NCBI GenBank assembly: GCA_003194485.1
Contig: PQXD01000009.1
Coordinates: forward strand, 41,008 to 105,007
Direction: 5' to 3'
DNA length: 64,000 nucleotides
From: Deltaproteobacteria bacterium
GTDB taxonomy: Bacteria > Desulfobacterota > Dissulfuribacteria > Dissulfuribacterales > UBA3076
The notes beneath the pieces were generated by a model. It was not told the origin of the DNA. It saw only the letters and a list, made by a program, of their open reading frames with translations, and did not search any database. This document shows, one piece after another, positions 38,850 to 47,068 of the stretch; positions within the stretch are counted from its first letter, which is position 1, and the number at the start of each line of letters is the position of its first letter. The position numbers were made by a program, and so were the translations under genes.

Positions 38850-40099
38850 TAAACTGGATGATTAACCGCGGTTATGAAGTCCCTTTGCTCATAAAGCTTC
38901 CGGGTGAAGTCCTGGGCCTTGAGTTCGGGATGAACGCTGCATCCCGGCCCTATTGTTATACCTTGTGGAATTTGGGTGCGGATGCCGATTACGGTGAGCG
39001 CCCCGTCCTGCTTGCCAATCACGGAATCCCTTCCGATGCTGGCACCAATGTCGGTTATAGCGCGCTCAACCCTGGCCCCTGGTCCTATTTGAGTGTCAAA
39101 AAACAGTATCGAATCTTTTACCTCTGCCCCTACTCCTACGTAAGCTCCTGGAAAAAGAATCGATCGAGAGACTCGCCCTTCGATCCTGACCCCGTTATAA
39201 AGCCTTGAGTTTTCTATGGAGCCTTGAGGGCCGATAAGTGCGGGGCCTCGATCTCTTATTGCCTCATGGTCCAGGTTGGTGCATATCTGCCATTCGGACA
39301 GTTTTATTTCAGGGTGTTCTCCCAGGAGATCCATATTGGCGGCCCAATACTCCTCAAAGGTGCGGCAGTATCCCCAATAACCGTGAAATTTGTAACCATA
39401 TACCTTATGCCTGCTCAATATGGCAGGGAATATATCCCGGCCGAACTCATGGGAGTCAATTCCGGCATTTTCCTCCAGGGCCTGGTACAAGATCCCGGCC
39501 TTGAACAGGTATATAGTCATGGAAGCCCAGTTCGATGCAGGATGGGCCGGTTTCTCTGAATATCCCAGGAGACGGCCTCCCCTTGTGTCGTCTTCAGAAA
39601 TCAGGGCCAGGCCGAATCTGGACGAACCTGCCTGAGAGACCTGAACAAAGGAGGCAGTGACATCGGCCCCGGTATCCAGATGAAATTGAATGATTTCCTG
39701 ATAATCCATGTGATAGATATGGTCGCCTGATAAGATCAATACAAGATCTGGCTTGTGGGCATGGATAAAATCAAGGTTTTGATATACCGCATCAGCCGTG
39801 CCCTTGTACCAGTCTGAGGCGTGCAAGCCTTGAAAGGGAGGCAGGAGAGTGATGCCGCGGTGTCTGCCTATCATGTCCCAGGAGGCGCCTGTCCCGATGT
39901 GCTCTATTAGAGATGAGGACCTGTACTGGCCGAGAATTCCGACCCTCTCGATGCCCGATTGCATGAGGTTGCTGAGAGGGAAGTCTATGAATCTGTACAG
40001 GCCTCCGAAAGGTACTGTGGACTTGGGCCTGAGGAAGGTAAGGACCCCGAGTTCATCAACCCTGCCGCCGGCAAGGAGCATGGCTAAGGTTTTCGGCAT
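38849..40099 (-). CDS. Glucose-1-phosphate adenylyltransferase-like protein (GlgC/GlgD family, atypical)
   Basis: LAGGRVDEL...RPKSTVPFGGLYRFIDF, WYKGTADAVYQN, ILSGDHIYHMDY, SEKP, HEFGRDIFP and a beta-helix tail. Confidence 0.88.
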   Translation of the reverse strand: MPKTLAMLLAGGRVDELGVLTFLRPKSTVPFGGLYRFIDFPLSNLMQSGIERVGILGQYRSSSLIEHIGTGASWDMIGRHRGITLLPPFQGLHASDWYKGTADAVYQNLDFIHAHKPDLVLILSGDHIYHMDYQEIIQFHLDTGADVTASFVQVSQAGSSRFGLALISEDDTRGGRLLGYSEKPAHPASNWASMTIYLFKAGILYQALEENAGIDSHEFGRDIFPAILSRHKVYGYKFHGYWGYCRTFEEYWAANMDLLGEHPEIKLSEWQICTNLDHEAIRDRGPALIGPQGSIENSRLYNGVRIEGRVSRSILFPGAYVGVGAEVKDSILFFDTQIGPGARVERAITDIGASIGRDSVIGKQDGALTVIGIRTQIPQGITIGPGCSVHPELKAQDFTRKLYEQRDFITAVNHPV

Positions 40100-40119
40100 T
40101 TGCTAACCCGATAGTTGAC

Positions 40120-40539
40120 TTACATGGAATTATTTAATGAATCGGCAGACATCGAGTCCGTTACAGGCGAAGAGGATTCATCCGGCCTGCTGCCTGGTTC
40201 AAGATCGCCTGCCGCTTCTTCCGCAGCCGCCTCTTCCATGGCTTCATCAACCATCTGGTCAAAGTCTTCGCCAAGCTCATCTCCTATCAGACCTCCCATC
40301 TTCTTCATCCACCTGGCCATACTCTTGGGATCATTTTCGTCGAGGCCCGTCATCATTGCAGGATCTTCTAATTTTTCCAGTCTTGTCTCTTCGGAGAGAC
40401 GTACATTAACTCTGGAGATCAATTTGGTGACCGAGTCACTTCCGCAATATTTGCAATGGAATTCAAAATCGTCCTTGTTAAGAACCAGGTAAGAAGAAAT
40501 CTTTCCACATTTTTCACAGCGGTATTCATAGATAGGCAT
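40120..40539 (-). CDS. FmdB-family zinc-ribbon protein
   Basis: MPIYEYRCEKCG...CKYCGS...KLIS with an acidic tail. Confidence 0.88.
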   Translation of the reverse strand: MPIYEYRCEKCGKISSYLVLNKDDFEFHCKYCGSDSVTKLISRVNVRLSEETRLEKLEDPAMMTGLDENDPKSMARWMKKMGGLIGDELGEDFDQMVDEAMEEAAAEEAAGDLEPGSRPDESSSPVTDSMSADSLNNSM

Positions 40540-40587
40540 GATTGATTTACCTCCTACATGTGACGGATTTATACAAGGATTTGTTGT

Positions 40588-41643
40588 TTACACCAGATGT
40601 TTAACCATCAGGCGAAGGAGCACATTTGTCGTAAAATTTTTTGCTGCGCCCTCGGGAAGATTCCTAAAAGGGACCTCTGCCCTGGCACTTTGCCTGTGTC
40701 CGCCGGCTGAACCTATTTTCCCAAAGACCCGGGTCGCCAGCTTGCCTGCATTTTTCTTGTAGCCATCACAGCGAAAGATAACTATCAGCTTTTCTCCGTA
40801 CTGACCAGAGATTATGACCCAGCCTATTTCATGAACATGTGCAAGGAAATCGGCTACCACGACCAGGATATCCGGATTCCCGACACGGCCCAGGTGGACA
40901 TAAATACGTTTTTTGCTGGTCCTCATGTTTTCCAGGGCGATCTTGAAATACTTCAGTTCTGATTGCCTTATAACAGCAGTCTCTATCTTATTCAGCAGTT
41001 GCTGGTTGATCCGCTTAAAGAGGTATTGGAAACAGAGCACATCAGATTGAGAGGTCTTCTTGCTAAAATTCAAGGTATCGGCTTTGATGCCGTAAAAGAG
41101 TGCTGTTGCAAGGGCTACCGTAGGTTTTATATTGGCGGCCTTCAGGTATTCCGTGAGCATGGAGGCAACCGCTCCATATTCCGGCCGTATGTCTACAAAA
41201 GGGGCATTCCATCCATCAGTGACAGGGTGATGGTCTATTACTGCATTATAGGAAATTGAGGCCAGGTCCGGATGGTGCGGAGGTTGGGAATCTACCAGCA
41301 CGAATTTGCTGTATTGATCCTGTCTTATTCCCTTCAGGCGATGCAGTGGGATTTTGAGCAGGTCTCTCATTGCAAGGTTGTTCACACGCTTTATGTCATT
41401 ATTATGAGCGATTGTCACCTCTTCCACTCTCCGGCTGAGCAGTCTTTTTACTGCAAAGGCACTGGCCATGGCATCCGGATCAGCTACTATTACGACCAGT
41501 ACGCGATCGTGTCGCCTGAAGATCTGCAAGAAAGAGCGGAGACGTTCTTTGTTGGAAAGCCTTCTTGTAACACGTGCGCTATGATCGGGAGATTGCAATG
41601 GACCAGTCTTGCGTTTACTGGTATTACTATCTGAATTTCTCAT
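40588..41643 (-). CDS. DHH/DHHA1 family phosphoesterase
   Basis: ADPDAMAS, LVDSQ, IDHHP, GIKADT and GGHRQSA. ATG 41643 is used; the ORF-track extension to 41766 is MITE sequence. Confidence 0.88.
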   Translation of the reverse strand: MRNSDSNTSKRKTGPLQSPDHSARVTRRLSNKERLRSFLQIFRRHDRVLVVIVADPDAMASAFAVKRLLSRRVEEVTIAHNNDIKRVNNLAMRDLLKIPLHRLKGIRQDQYSKFVLVDSQPPHHPDLASISYNAVIDHHPVTDGWNAPFVDIRPEYGAVASMLTEYLKAANIKPTVALATALFYGIKADTLNFSKKTSQSDVLCFQYLFKRINQQLLNKIETAVIRQSELKYFKIALENMRTSKKRIYVHLGRVGNPDILVVVADFLAHVHEIGWVIISGQYGEKLIVIFRCDGYKKNAGKLATRVFGKIGSAGGHRQSARAEVPFRNLPEGAAKNFTTNVLLRLMVKHLV

Positions 41644-41661
41644 ATTATTATAACTTACAAT

Positions 41662-41856
41662 GTAAATATCCGGTGAACCCGTGGTCCGCTGCGGGAGTTG
41701 CCATCCGTGCCCTGCCGCAGGAGCGGTTTGCCTTTTGCGGGGTTTCAACCGCGGGCCGGATTGCACTGCCTCTCCGGTCTGCGATGAGTGAGCTTTGAAA
41801 CCCGGAAAAAGGTAACCGCTCCAAGGCAGAATATAACGGGTTCACCGAATATTTAC
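41662..41856. mobile_element. MITE family A, full-length 195 bp with perfect TSD
   Basis: TIRs gtaaatatccggtgaaccc/gggttcaccgaatatttac. Identical 8-bp flanks cttacaat (41654-61, 41857-64). Confidence 0.95.
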
Positions 41857-41922
41857 CTTACAATGTGTATAATTTCCTGTAACAATTGTGCCAGGCGGTC
41901 CCATGACGTTTCCAGGATCGCT

Positions 41923-42699
41923 TCACGGTATTATATAACCCCTTGGGGTTATCATCCTGTCCTGCCAGACAAAGGTCTGACTGTTCCCAACTATTATTGT
42001 AGTCTGCATATCAATATCCTGGCTTGCAAGGTCAGAAAGTGTAGTAATTTTAACAGACTCTCCCTGTCTCATGGCCCTTTGGACTATGCCGACAGGGGTG
42101 AAAATTTCTCTGTACTCCTTGAGAATTTTCACCGCCTCTTCAAGCTGTGTGACCCTGCGGCGACTTCTGGGATTATAAATGACGACAACAAAGTCCGCCT
42201 GACCCGCAGCATGTAGACGTTTAACAATAATATCCCATGGAGTTAGGATGTCGCTGAGGCTGATAACTGAAAAATCGTGGGCAAGAGGGGCGCCGAGCCT
42301 TGAAGAGCAAGCGTTTAGAGCTGAAATACCGGGAATGATATCAACTTCAACCTGCGTACCTGCTGGATGACCTTTCAGTATTTGCAGTACCAATCCAGCC
42401 AGTCCATATATCCCCGGATCACCACTACAGACCATGGCTACCCGTTTACCGGAAATGGCAAGATCCGCTGCGGCCCTGCATCGCTCAACCTCCTGTCTCA
42501 TGCCGCTGGCAAGGACCTCTTTTGCAGGATCTAAAATCGGGCTTATCAGGTCTATGTAGGTCTTATAACCCACTATTACGTCTGAAGAGGCTATGCTATC
42601 ACGGGCAACAGGAGCCATCCACATGGGATCTCCGGGTCCAAGGCCGATAATGTCCAGTTTGCCGCTTTCATGATCATGTAAGTCTGATGTCACAATCAT
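41923..42699 (-). CDS. cobJ: Precorrin-3B C17-methyltransferase
   Basis: IGLGPGD, VGYKTYI, SGDPGIYG, GAPLAHDF.VISLSD, IYNPRS and MITPRGY. Confidence 0.95.
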   Translation of the reverse strand: MIVTSDLHDHESGKLDIIGLGPGDPMWMAPVARDSIASSDVIVGYKTYIDLISPILDPAKEVLASGMRQEVERCRAAADLAISGKRVAMVCSGDPGIYGLAGLVLQILKGHPAGTQVEVDIIPGISALNACSSRLGAPLAHDFSVISLSDILTPWDIIVKRLHAAGQADFVVVIYNPRSRRRVTQLEEAVKILKEYREIFTPVGIVQRAMRQGESVKITTLSDLASQDIDMQTTIIVGNSQTFVWQDRMITPRGYIIP

Positions 42700-42765
42700 C
42701 TTGATATTTTAATGACTTTTCTATTATATATAGCCAAATGGGCTTTGGATATCCAGGGCCGTATC

Positions 42766-42888
42766 GTAAATATTCTGAGGCAGTGCAATCCGGCCCGCGA
42801 CCCAAAACCCTGCAGAAGACAAACCGCTTCTGCGGCAGGGCATGGATGGCAACTTCCGCAGCGGACCACTGGTTTACTGAATATTTAC
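42766..42888. mobile_element. MITE family A, internally deleted (123 bp)
   Basis: gtaaatattc joined to tgaggcagtgcaatcc..., right end ggtttactgaatatttac. Flanks match 5/8. Confidence 0.8.
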
Positions 42889-42952
42889 ACCGGATTTTAC
42901 ACTTAAGTTAAAAAATCAGCAAATTAGACCGAGCAGGCTTAAGGAGGATATC

Positions 42953-43078
42953 TTGCAAAATCGCCTGAGGTGTTACCATTGGGTCTGGTTGGCGTTCCTG
43001 GCCAAGCTTGGATGGGATATATTGGGAACCCGGATCAAGAAAAAGAGGACGAAATCAATAAAAAAAGCCCGCAAGTAG
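42953..43078 (+). CDS. Candidate 41-aa small protein (Trp-rich helix, polybasic tail)
   Basis: AAGGAGG 5 nt before TTG; MQNRLRCYHWVWLAFLAKLGWDILGTRIKKKRTKSIKKARK*. Confidence 0.4.
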   Translation: MQNRLRCYHWVWLAFLAKLGWDILGTRIKKKRTKSIKKARK

Positions 43079-43135
43079 AGTTGGTTACAAAACTCAAGAT
43101 CTTTTTCGGGGCAAGGTGCTGTGGACTGAAACGCA

Positions 43136-43867
43136 TCATTGTTTCATCAAATAACCCTTGAGCCGGATATCCTCCACTCTGAGGGGTGCAAGCTCACGAT
43201 TCAGACAACTGACTATCGGCCGCCTGTATTTTATCAGGAGATTTTCTTGGATACCTGAGCCTACGTCAATACCCTTAAGTTCCCTGTAAATTATATCTCT
43301 GACCCAGGCCTCTTTTTTACGGATTGCGTGTTTTGTCTCGGCATCAGAGACAACAAGTTCTACCTGTAATTTAAAAAAGATCGTTTCTTTATTCCGCTGA
43401 GCCGGGATAAGAAACGGGGCAAGATTCATTGTTTCAAGGTCGCGATGACCGGCCAGGGAATCAGGTATATTCTCTGTAATTGCACTACGTGGCCCAAAAA
43501 ATGAGGCCGAAAGATTCCACAGGACCAGGAGCCCCGCTGCAAGAAAAATTCCAGATACACCGATTATGGCCCAGGTGATCCACGATGCCTCGGCCGGCAC
43601 ACCGGCCTCCTCAGTGGATGATATCAGTGTCTTTTCGTACGACTCATCTTGACCATTATCCTCAAAAAGTCTGATTCCGGTCCGGGAATCTCCTTCATCC
43701 CATACGTCGGAAAGTGTAACCTTCAGGTCATTTTCCAGTGACCATCTTGAGTTTGTATCGGTTTGCTGGCTATTTTCGCAGGTATCCTCCATCGGTCCGG
43801 CGATTTCTATCTCCGGTCCTTCTCTTGAACAATTTTTGTCTTTGGGAATAGGAGTATCTTGAGACAC
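43136..43867 (-). CDS. fliL: FliL-like flagellar basal body-associated protein with acidic N-terminal extension
   Basis: TM helix, then LAPFLIP...FFKLQVEL...VRDIIYRELKG...IVSCLNREL FliL-type domain. The start is uncertain (GTG 43867, or MITE-encoded GTG 43903). Confidence 0.7.
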   Translation of the reverse strand: MSQDTPIPKDKNCSREGPEIEIAGPMEDTCENSQQTDTNSRWSLENDLKVTLSDVWDEGDSRTGIRLFEDNGQDESYEKTLISSTEEAGVPAEASWITWAIIGVSGIFLAAGLLVLWNLSASFFGPRSAITENIPDSLAGHRDLETMNLAPFLIPAQRNKETIFFKLQVELVVSDAETKHAIRKKEAWVRDIIYRELKGIDVGSGIQENLLIKYRRPIVSCLNRELAPLRVEDIRLKGYLMKQ

Positions 43868-43885
43868 GGCAATGGTTATAAGTAC

Positions 43886-44031
43886 CCGGGTTTCAAAGCT
43901 CACTCATCGCGGACCGGAGAGGCAGTGCAATCCGGCCCGCTATCCAAAACCCCGCAAAAGGCAAACCGCTCCTGCGGCAGGGCACGGATGGCAACTTCCG
44001 TAGCGGACCACGGGTTCATAAGAATATTTAC
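43886..44031. mobile_element. MITE family A, left-truncated
   Basis: ccgggtttcaaagctcac...gggttcataagaatatttac, with the first ~45 bp missing. Confidence 0.88.
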
Positions 44032-44169
44032 CTTAAAGCATAGCGGAATCATAACTCAATTGACAGGACTTTGTAATCCCTTTTGATCCCAAACGGAGAT
44101 GATAGATGGTGAGCAGTTGAAATGACTTGTATAAGGAGTAGATCTTACGGAACTTCTGGCCGGATACGG

Positions 44170-44242
44170 GTAAATATTCTTATGAACCCTTTATATCCTG
44201 TCTTGGAAGCGCAGCGGACCACGGGTTCACCGAATATTTTAC
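44170..44242. mobile_element. MITE family A, minimal 73-bp derivative
   Basis: Both TIRs are kept (gtaaatattcttatgaaccc ... gggttcaccgaatattttac) and most of the core is deleted. Confidence 0.82.
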
Positions 44243-44267
44243 GATATGGGCTACTTTCTGTAAGTAC

Positions 44268-45122
44268 TTATTCATCGATTTCCTCTGCTACAGAGGCTAA
44301 ATGTGCCCTCAGTCTTAACATAGCCTTGGTGTGCATCTGGGAAATCCGTGATTCCGTGTATCCCATTATTTCTCCTATTTCCCGCATTGTGAGATCCTCA
44401 TAATAATAGAGAGAGACTACGATTTTTTCTTTTTCAGGAAGTGCGTTAATGGCTTTTATCAAAATCTCTTTGATCTCGGTCTTGTTCAATAGGGCAAAAG
44501 GGTCTATCTTGCCGTCGTCTGCTATTAAATCAAAGAGATCATTTTCATTATCGTCCGGCATTCTTCTGCGGATATTCTCTATGTCAAGGAAGGTTATACT
44601 CTTTGTTTTGTCCAGCAACTTGTGAAATTTTTCTATGCTGACCCCTAATGCCTCGGCAACTTCTTTGTCTTCTGCAGGTCGATTGAGCTCTTTTTCCAGA
44701 TATCCGTAGGTCTTTTCCAGTTCTGTGGCCAATTTCCGTATGGATCTCGGGATCCAGTCAAGAGATCTGAGTTCATCCAACATGGCCCCGCGGATACGGA
44801 ATTCCGCATAAGTCTTGAATCGGATATTTTTTGATGAATCAAATTTTTCAATAGCATCCATCAATCCGATGACTCCTGAGCTTATGAGATCGTCCGGGGA
44901 TATGTTTGGGGGCAGACGCATGGCAAGTCTTCCGGCAACGTACTTGATCAGAGGAGAATACTTCAGTATCAGTTCCTCGCGTTTCTCCCGCGTGAGTGGT
45001 TTGCCGTTGCCGAAAAATGCGTCGGTATAATCTTTGAGTACCCCCCTCCTGGTCTTTGCCATCCATCTCTTCCATACTAATAAGGAGGTGTCCTCGGAGG
45101 CGTTTGATGTTACCAGCAACAT
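44268..45122 (-). CDS. fliA: RNA polymerase sigma-28 factor FliA/WhiG
   Basis: DDLISSGVIGLMDAIEKFD, FKTYAEFRIRGAMLDELRSLDWIPRS, YYEDLTMREIG and SRISQMH. Start is ATG 45122 (GGAG) or 45062. Confidence 0.95.
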   Translation of the reverse strand: MLLVTSNASEDTSLLVWKRWMAKTRRGVLKDYTDAFFGNGKPLTREKREELILKYSPLIKYVAGRLAMRLPPNISPDDLISSGVIGLMDAIEKFDSSKNIRFKTYAEFRIRGAMLDELRSLDWIPRSIRKLATELEKTYGYLEKELNRPAEDKEVAEALGVSIEKFHKLLDKTKSITFLDIENIRRRMPDDNENDLFDLIADDGKIDPFALLNKTEIKEILIKAINALPEKEKIVVSLYYYEDLTMREIGEIMGYTESRISQMHTKAMLRLRAHLASVAEEIDE

Positions 45123-45345
45123 GATTATCGCTCCAATCGTCTGGCGGACTCTATTGTTAAGACAAAAAAAATCATGAACAGTGGGGCTGCCTGCAAAATT
45201 CGATATCTTGTTCGATTGCAAGACAAGAGAAGTGAAAAAGGCGCAGCACAACGAAAGAAATGAAAAACAATTGATTGCATACCCTCTCCCCCTGTCATAA
45301 CCTGATCCCAGAGTAAGTTGTTAAATCAAATTCCTCAGTTTAGTA

Positions 45346-45362
45346 AGCAACACTTGTGCCAG
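45346..45362 (-). promoter_or_regulatory. sigma54 promoter upstream of fliA
   Basis: Minus strand CTGGCACAAGTGTTGCT = consensus TGGCAC-N5-TTGC. Confidence 0.8.
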
Positions 45363-45670
45363 GAGTCTGGAAAACATTCTTTATATGCCGTGGCAGAATA
45401 GAGCTCAGCCCTCTCTACCATACTTTGAGATAAACACTGTAGTATCTATTGAACCGATTAGTCTTCGGACACAAATTCCATTTGCAAAAATTTTTGCTGG
45501 CAAAACAAAAATTTATATTATTGAAGCCGTTTCCGACCTCGTTTTATTTATGAGATTAAAGAACGGCTTGATAACAGAGAGGCGGATAATTAAATATATA
45601 TGGAAATACAAAGGAAATGCTGAAGAACTTAAATCTATATTTTAAGACAGGGTGCCAAAATATGAAATTA

Positions 45671-45688
45671 TTGTCAATATTTTGACAA
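45671..45688. promoter_or_regulatory. Perfect dyad TTGTCAA-N4-TTGACAA, putative transcription factor site
   Basis: Perfect inverted repeat. A second dyad, ATGACAA-N4-TTGTCAT, lies at 45713-45730. Confidence 0.5.
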
Positions 45689-45726
45689 CAATTAACAATT
45701 TGTGTAAAGAAAATGACAATTTTTTG

Positions 45727-47034
45727 TCATCGGTTTCTAAGTAAACTCGTGAACAATTGCGGTAATTTCAATATGCGGCTTGTAGATGTATCATAGACAA
45801 AAGGAATCCTTGCTATGCGGCCGCCTGCGTTCTTCACTGTTTCGGCCCCTACTATGTCCTTCTCTTTCCAATCCGCTCCCTTGACTAAAATATTCGGGAT
45901 AATGGTCTGAATAAGGTGCAAAGGTGTAGGATCATCAAAAATCACCACATAGTCTACAGCGGCAAGACCGGCCAGCACATGGGCCCTCATCGCTTCGTGG
46001 TTTACAGGGCGACCCGGCCCCTTTATCTTTCTGACCGATTTGTCGCTGTTCAATCCTACCACCAGATAGTCACCCATGTGCCGGGCTGATTCCAGGTATG
46101 AGACATGACCTGCATGGAGGATATCAAAGCATCCATTGGTAAAGACCATTTTCTGGCCGGCCTTGCGCCTTCGATTGACCGCGGCACTGAGAGAAGGCAG
46201 GTCCAGTATCTTCGGATTGGCCTTTGGCCACCAGGACCTTGGGGCATGTGCGGTAAAGAAGTCCTGCCGTACAGAGTGTATCTCATCCATATCCAACTCA
46301 GCCAGGAGGATCGTTTCTCTGTCAGAGGCCTTCGCAAGGATCTCCCCTCGAGGTCCTATAATCTCAGAACCTCCGCCGAATTCCGTGTCTCCAAGCATGC
46401 CCCAGGCATTCGCGCCTGCCAAAAAACATTGGCTCTCAACAGCCCTTGACTCCATCAGGAGTTCCAGGTGGCGTCTTCGGCTGAGTGGCCACAAGGCCGA
46501 CAGAAGTACCAGGTCCACCCCCAGATATACAAGATGGCGGACTATCTCCGGGAAGCGCAGGTCAAAACAGGTTATCAGGCCCAATCCAAGTTCGGATCTC
46601 TTGAAAGGTATCCACAGGGCAACAGGATCGGTCCCGGGGCTGAAGACATGATCTTCCCCCATCGGGGCAAAGAGATGAATCTTTCTATAGGTATGAAATA
46701 TATTATCAGGGCCGATCACATAGGTGGTATTGAAGAGCTTTTCTCCTGATTCATCCGCTGCCAATTCGGGAAGCGTACCGACAACATGGATTCCGTTTTT
46801 TTCTGCTAAGGTTTTAAGTTCTGACAGAAGCTCTGGTATCTCATGGGCCAGATACCTGTCGGCTTCACCAAGAGGACCTGTTGCCCATAGTTCAGGGAGC
46901 AGAAGCAATTCCGCTCCAGCACCTGCGGTTTCATTGGTTGCGGATTCAACTTTCTTCCAGTTGGCATGGATATCTTTTCCCTTGGGAGTGAACTGGAAAA
47001 TTCCCATTTTGAAAGTCGATTCTGAATGTCTCAT
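45727..47034 (-). CDS. Fusion: carbon-nitrogen hydrolase (nitrilase/amidase) + ADP-heptose synthase adenylyltransferase (HldE domain II/RfaE2)
   Basis: LLPELW, YRKIHLF and TCFDLRFPE triad, then VFTNGCFDILHAGHV...VGLNSDKSV...KGPGRP...LVKGADW in one frame. Confidence 0.88.
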   Translation of the reverse strand: MRHSESTFKMGIFQFTPKGKDIHANWKKVESATNETAGAGAELLLLPELWATGPLGEADRYLAHEIPELLSELKTLAEKNGIHVVGTLPELAADESGEKLFNTTYVIGPDNIFHTYRKIHLFAPMGEDHVFSPGTDPVALWIPFKRSELGLGLITCFDLRFPEIVRHLVYLGVDLVLLSALWPLSRRRHLELLMESRAVESQCFLAGANAWGMLGDTEFGGGSEIIGPRGEILAKASDRETILLAELDMDEIHSVRQDFFTAHAPRSWWPKANPKILDLPSLSAAVNRRRKAGQKMVFTNGCFDILHAGHVSYLESARHMGDYLVVGLNSDKSVRKIKGPGRPVNHEAMRAHVLAGLAAVDYVVIFDDPTPLHLIQTIIPNILVKGADWKEKDIVGAETVKNAGGRIARIPFVYDTSTSRILKLPQLFTSLLRNR

Positions 47035-47068
47035 ATTTGGAAAATACTCTTTTCTTGAGCGGAATCAT

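Noticed and set aside
41644-41766. N-terminal extension of the DHH ORF
   Set aside because: It is read-through from MITE sequence; the DHH gene most plausibly starts at ATG 41643.
42700-42765. Cobalamin riboswitch upstream of cobJ or RACo
   Set aside because: No B12-element motifs were recognised; the upstream regions are occupied by MITEs.
45080-45123. Perfect TAAGGAGGTG Shine-Dalgarno on the plus strand
   Set aside because: It leads only to a 5-codon ORF antisense to fliA.
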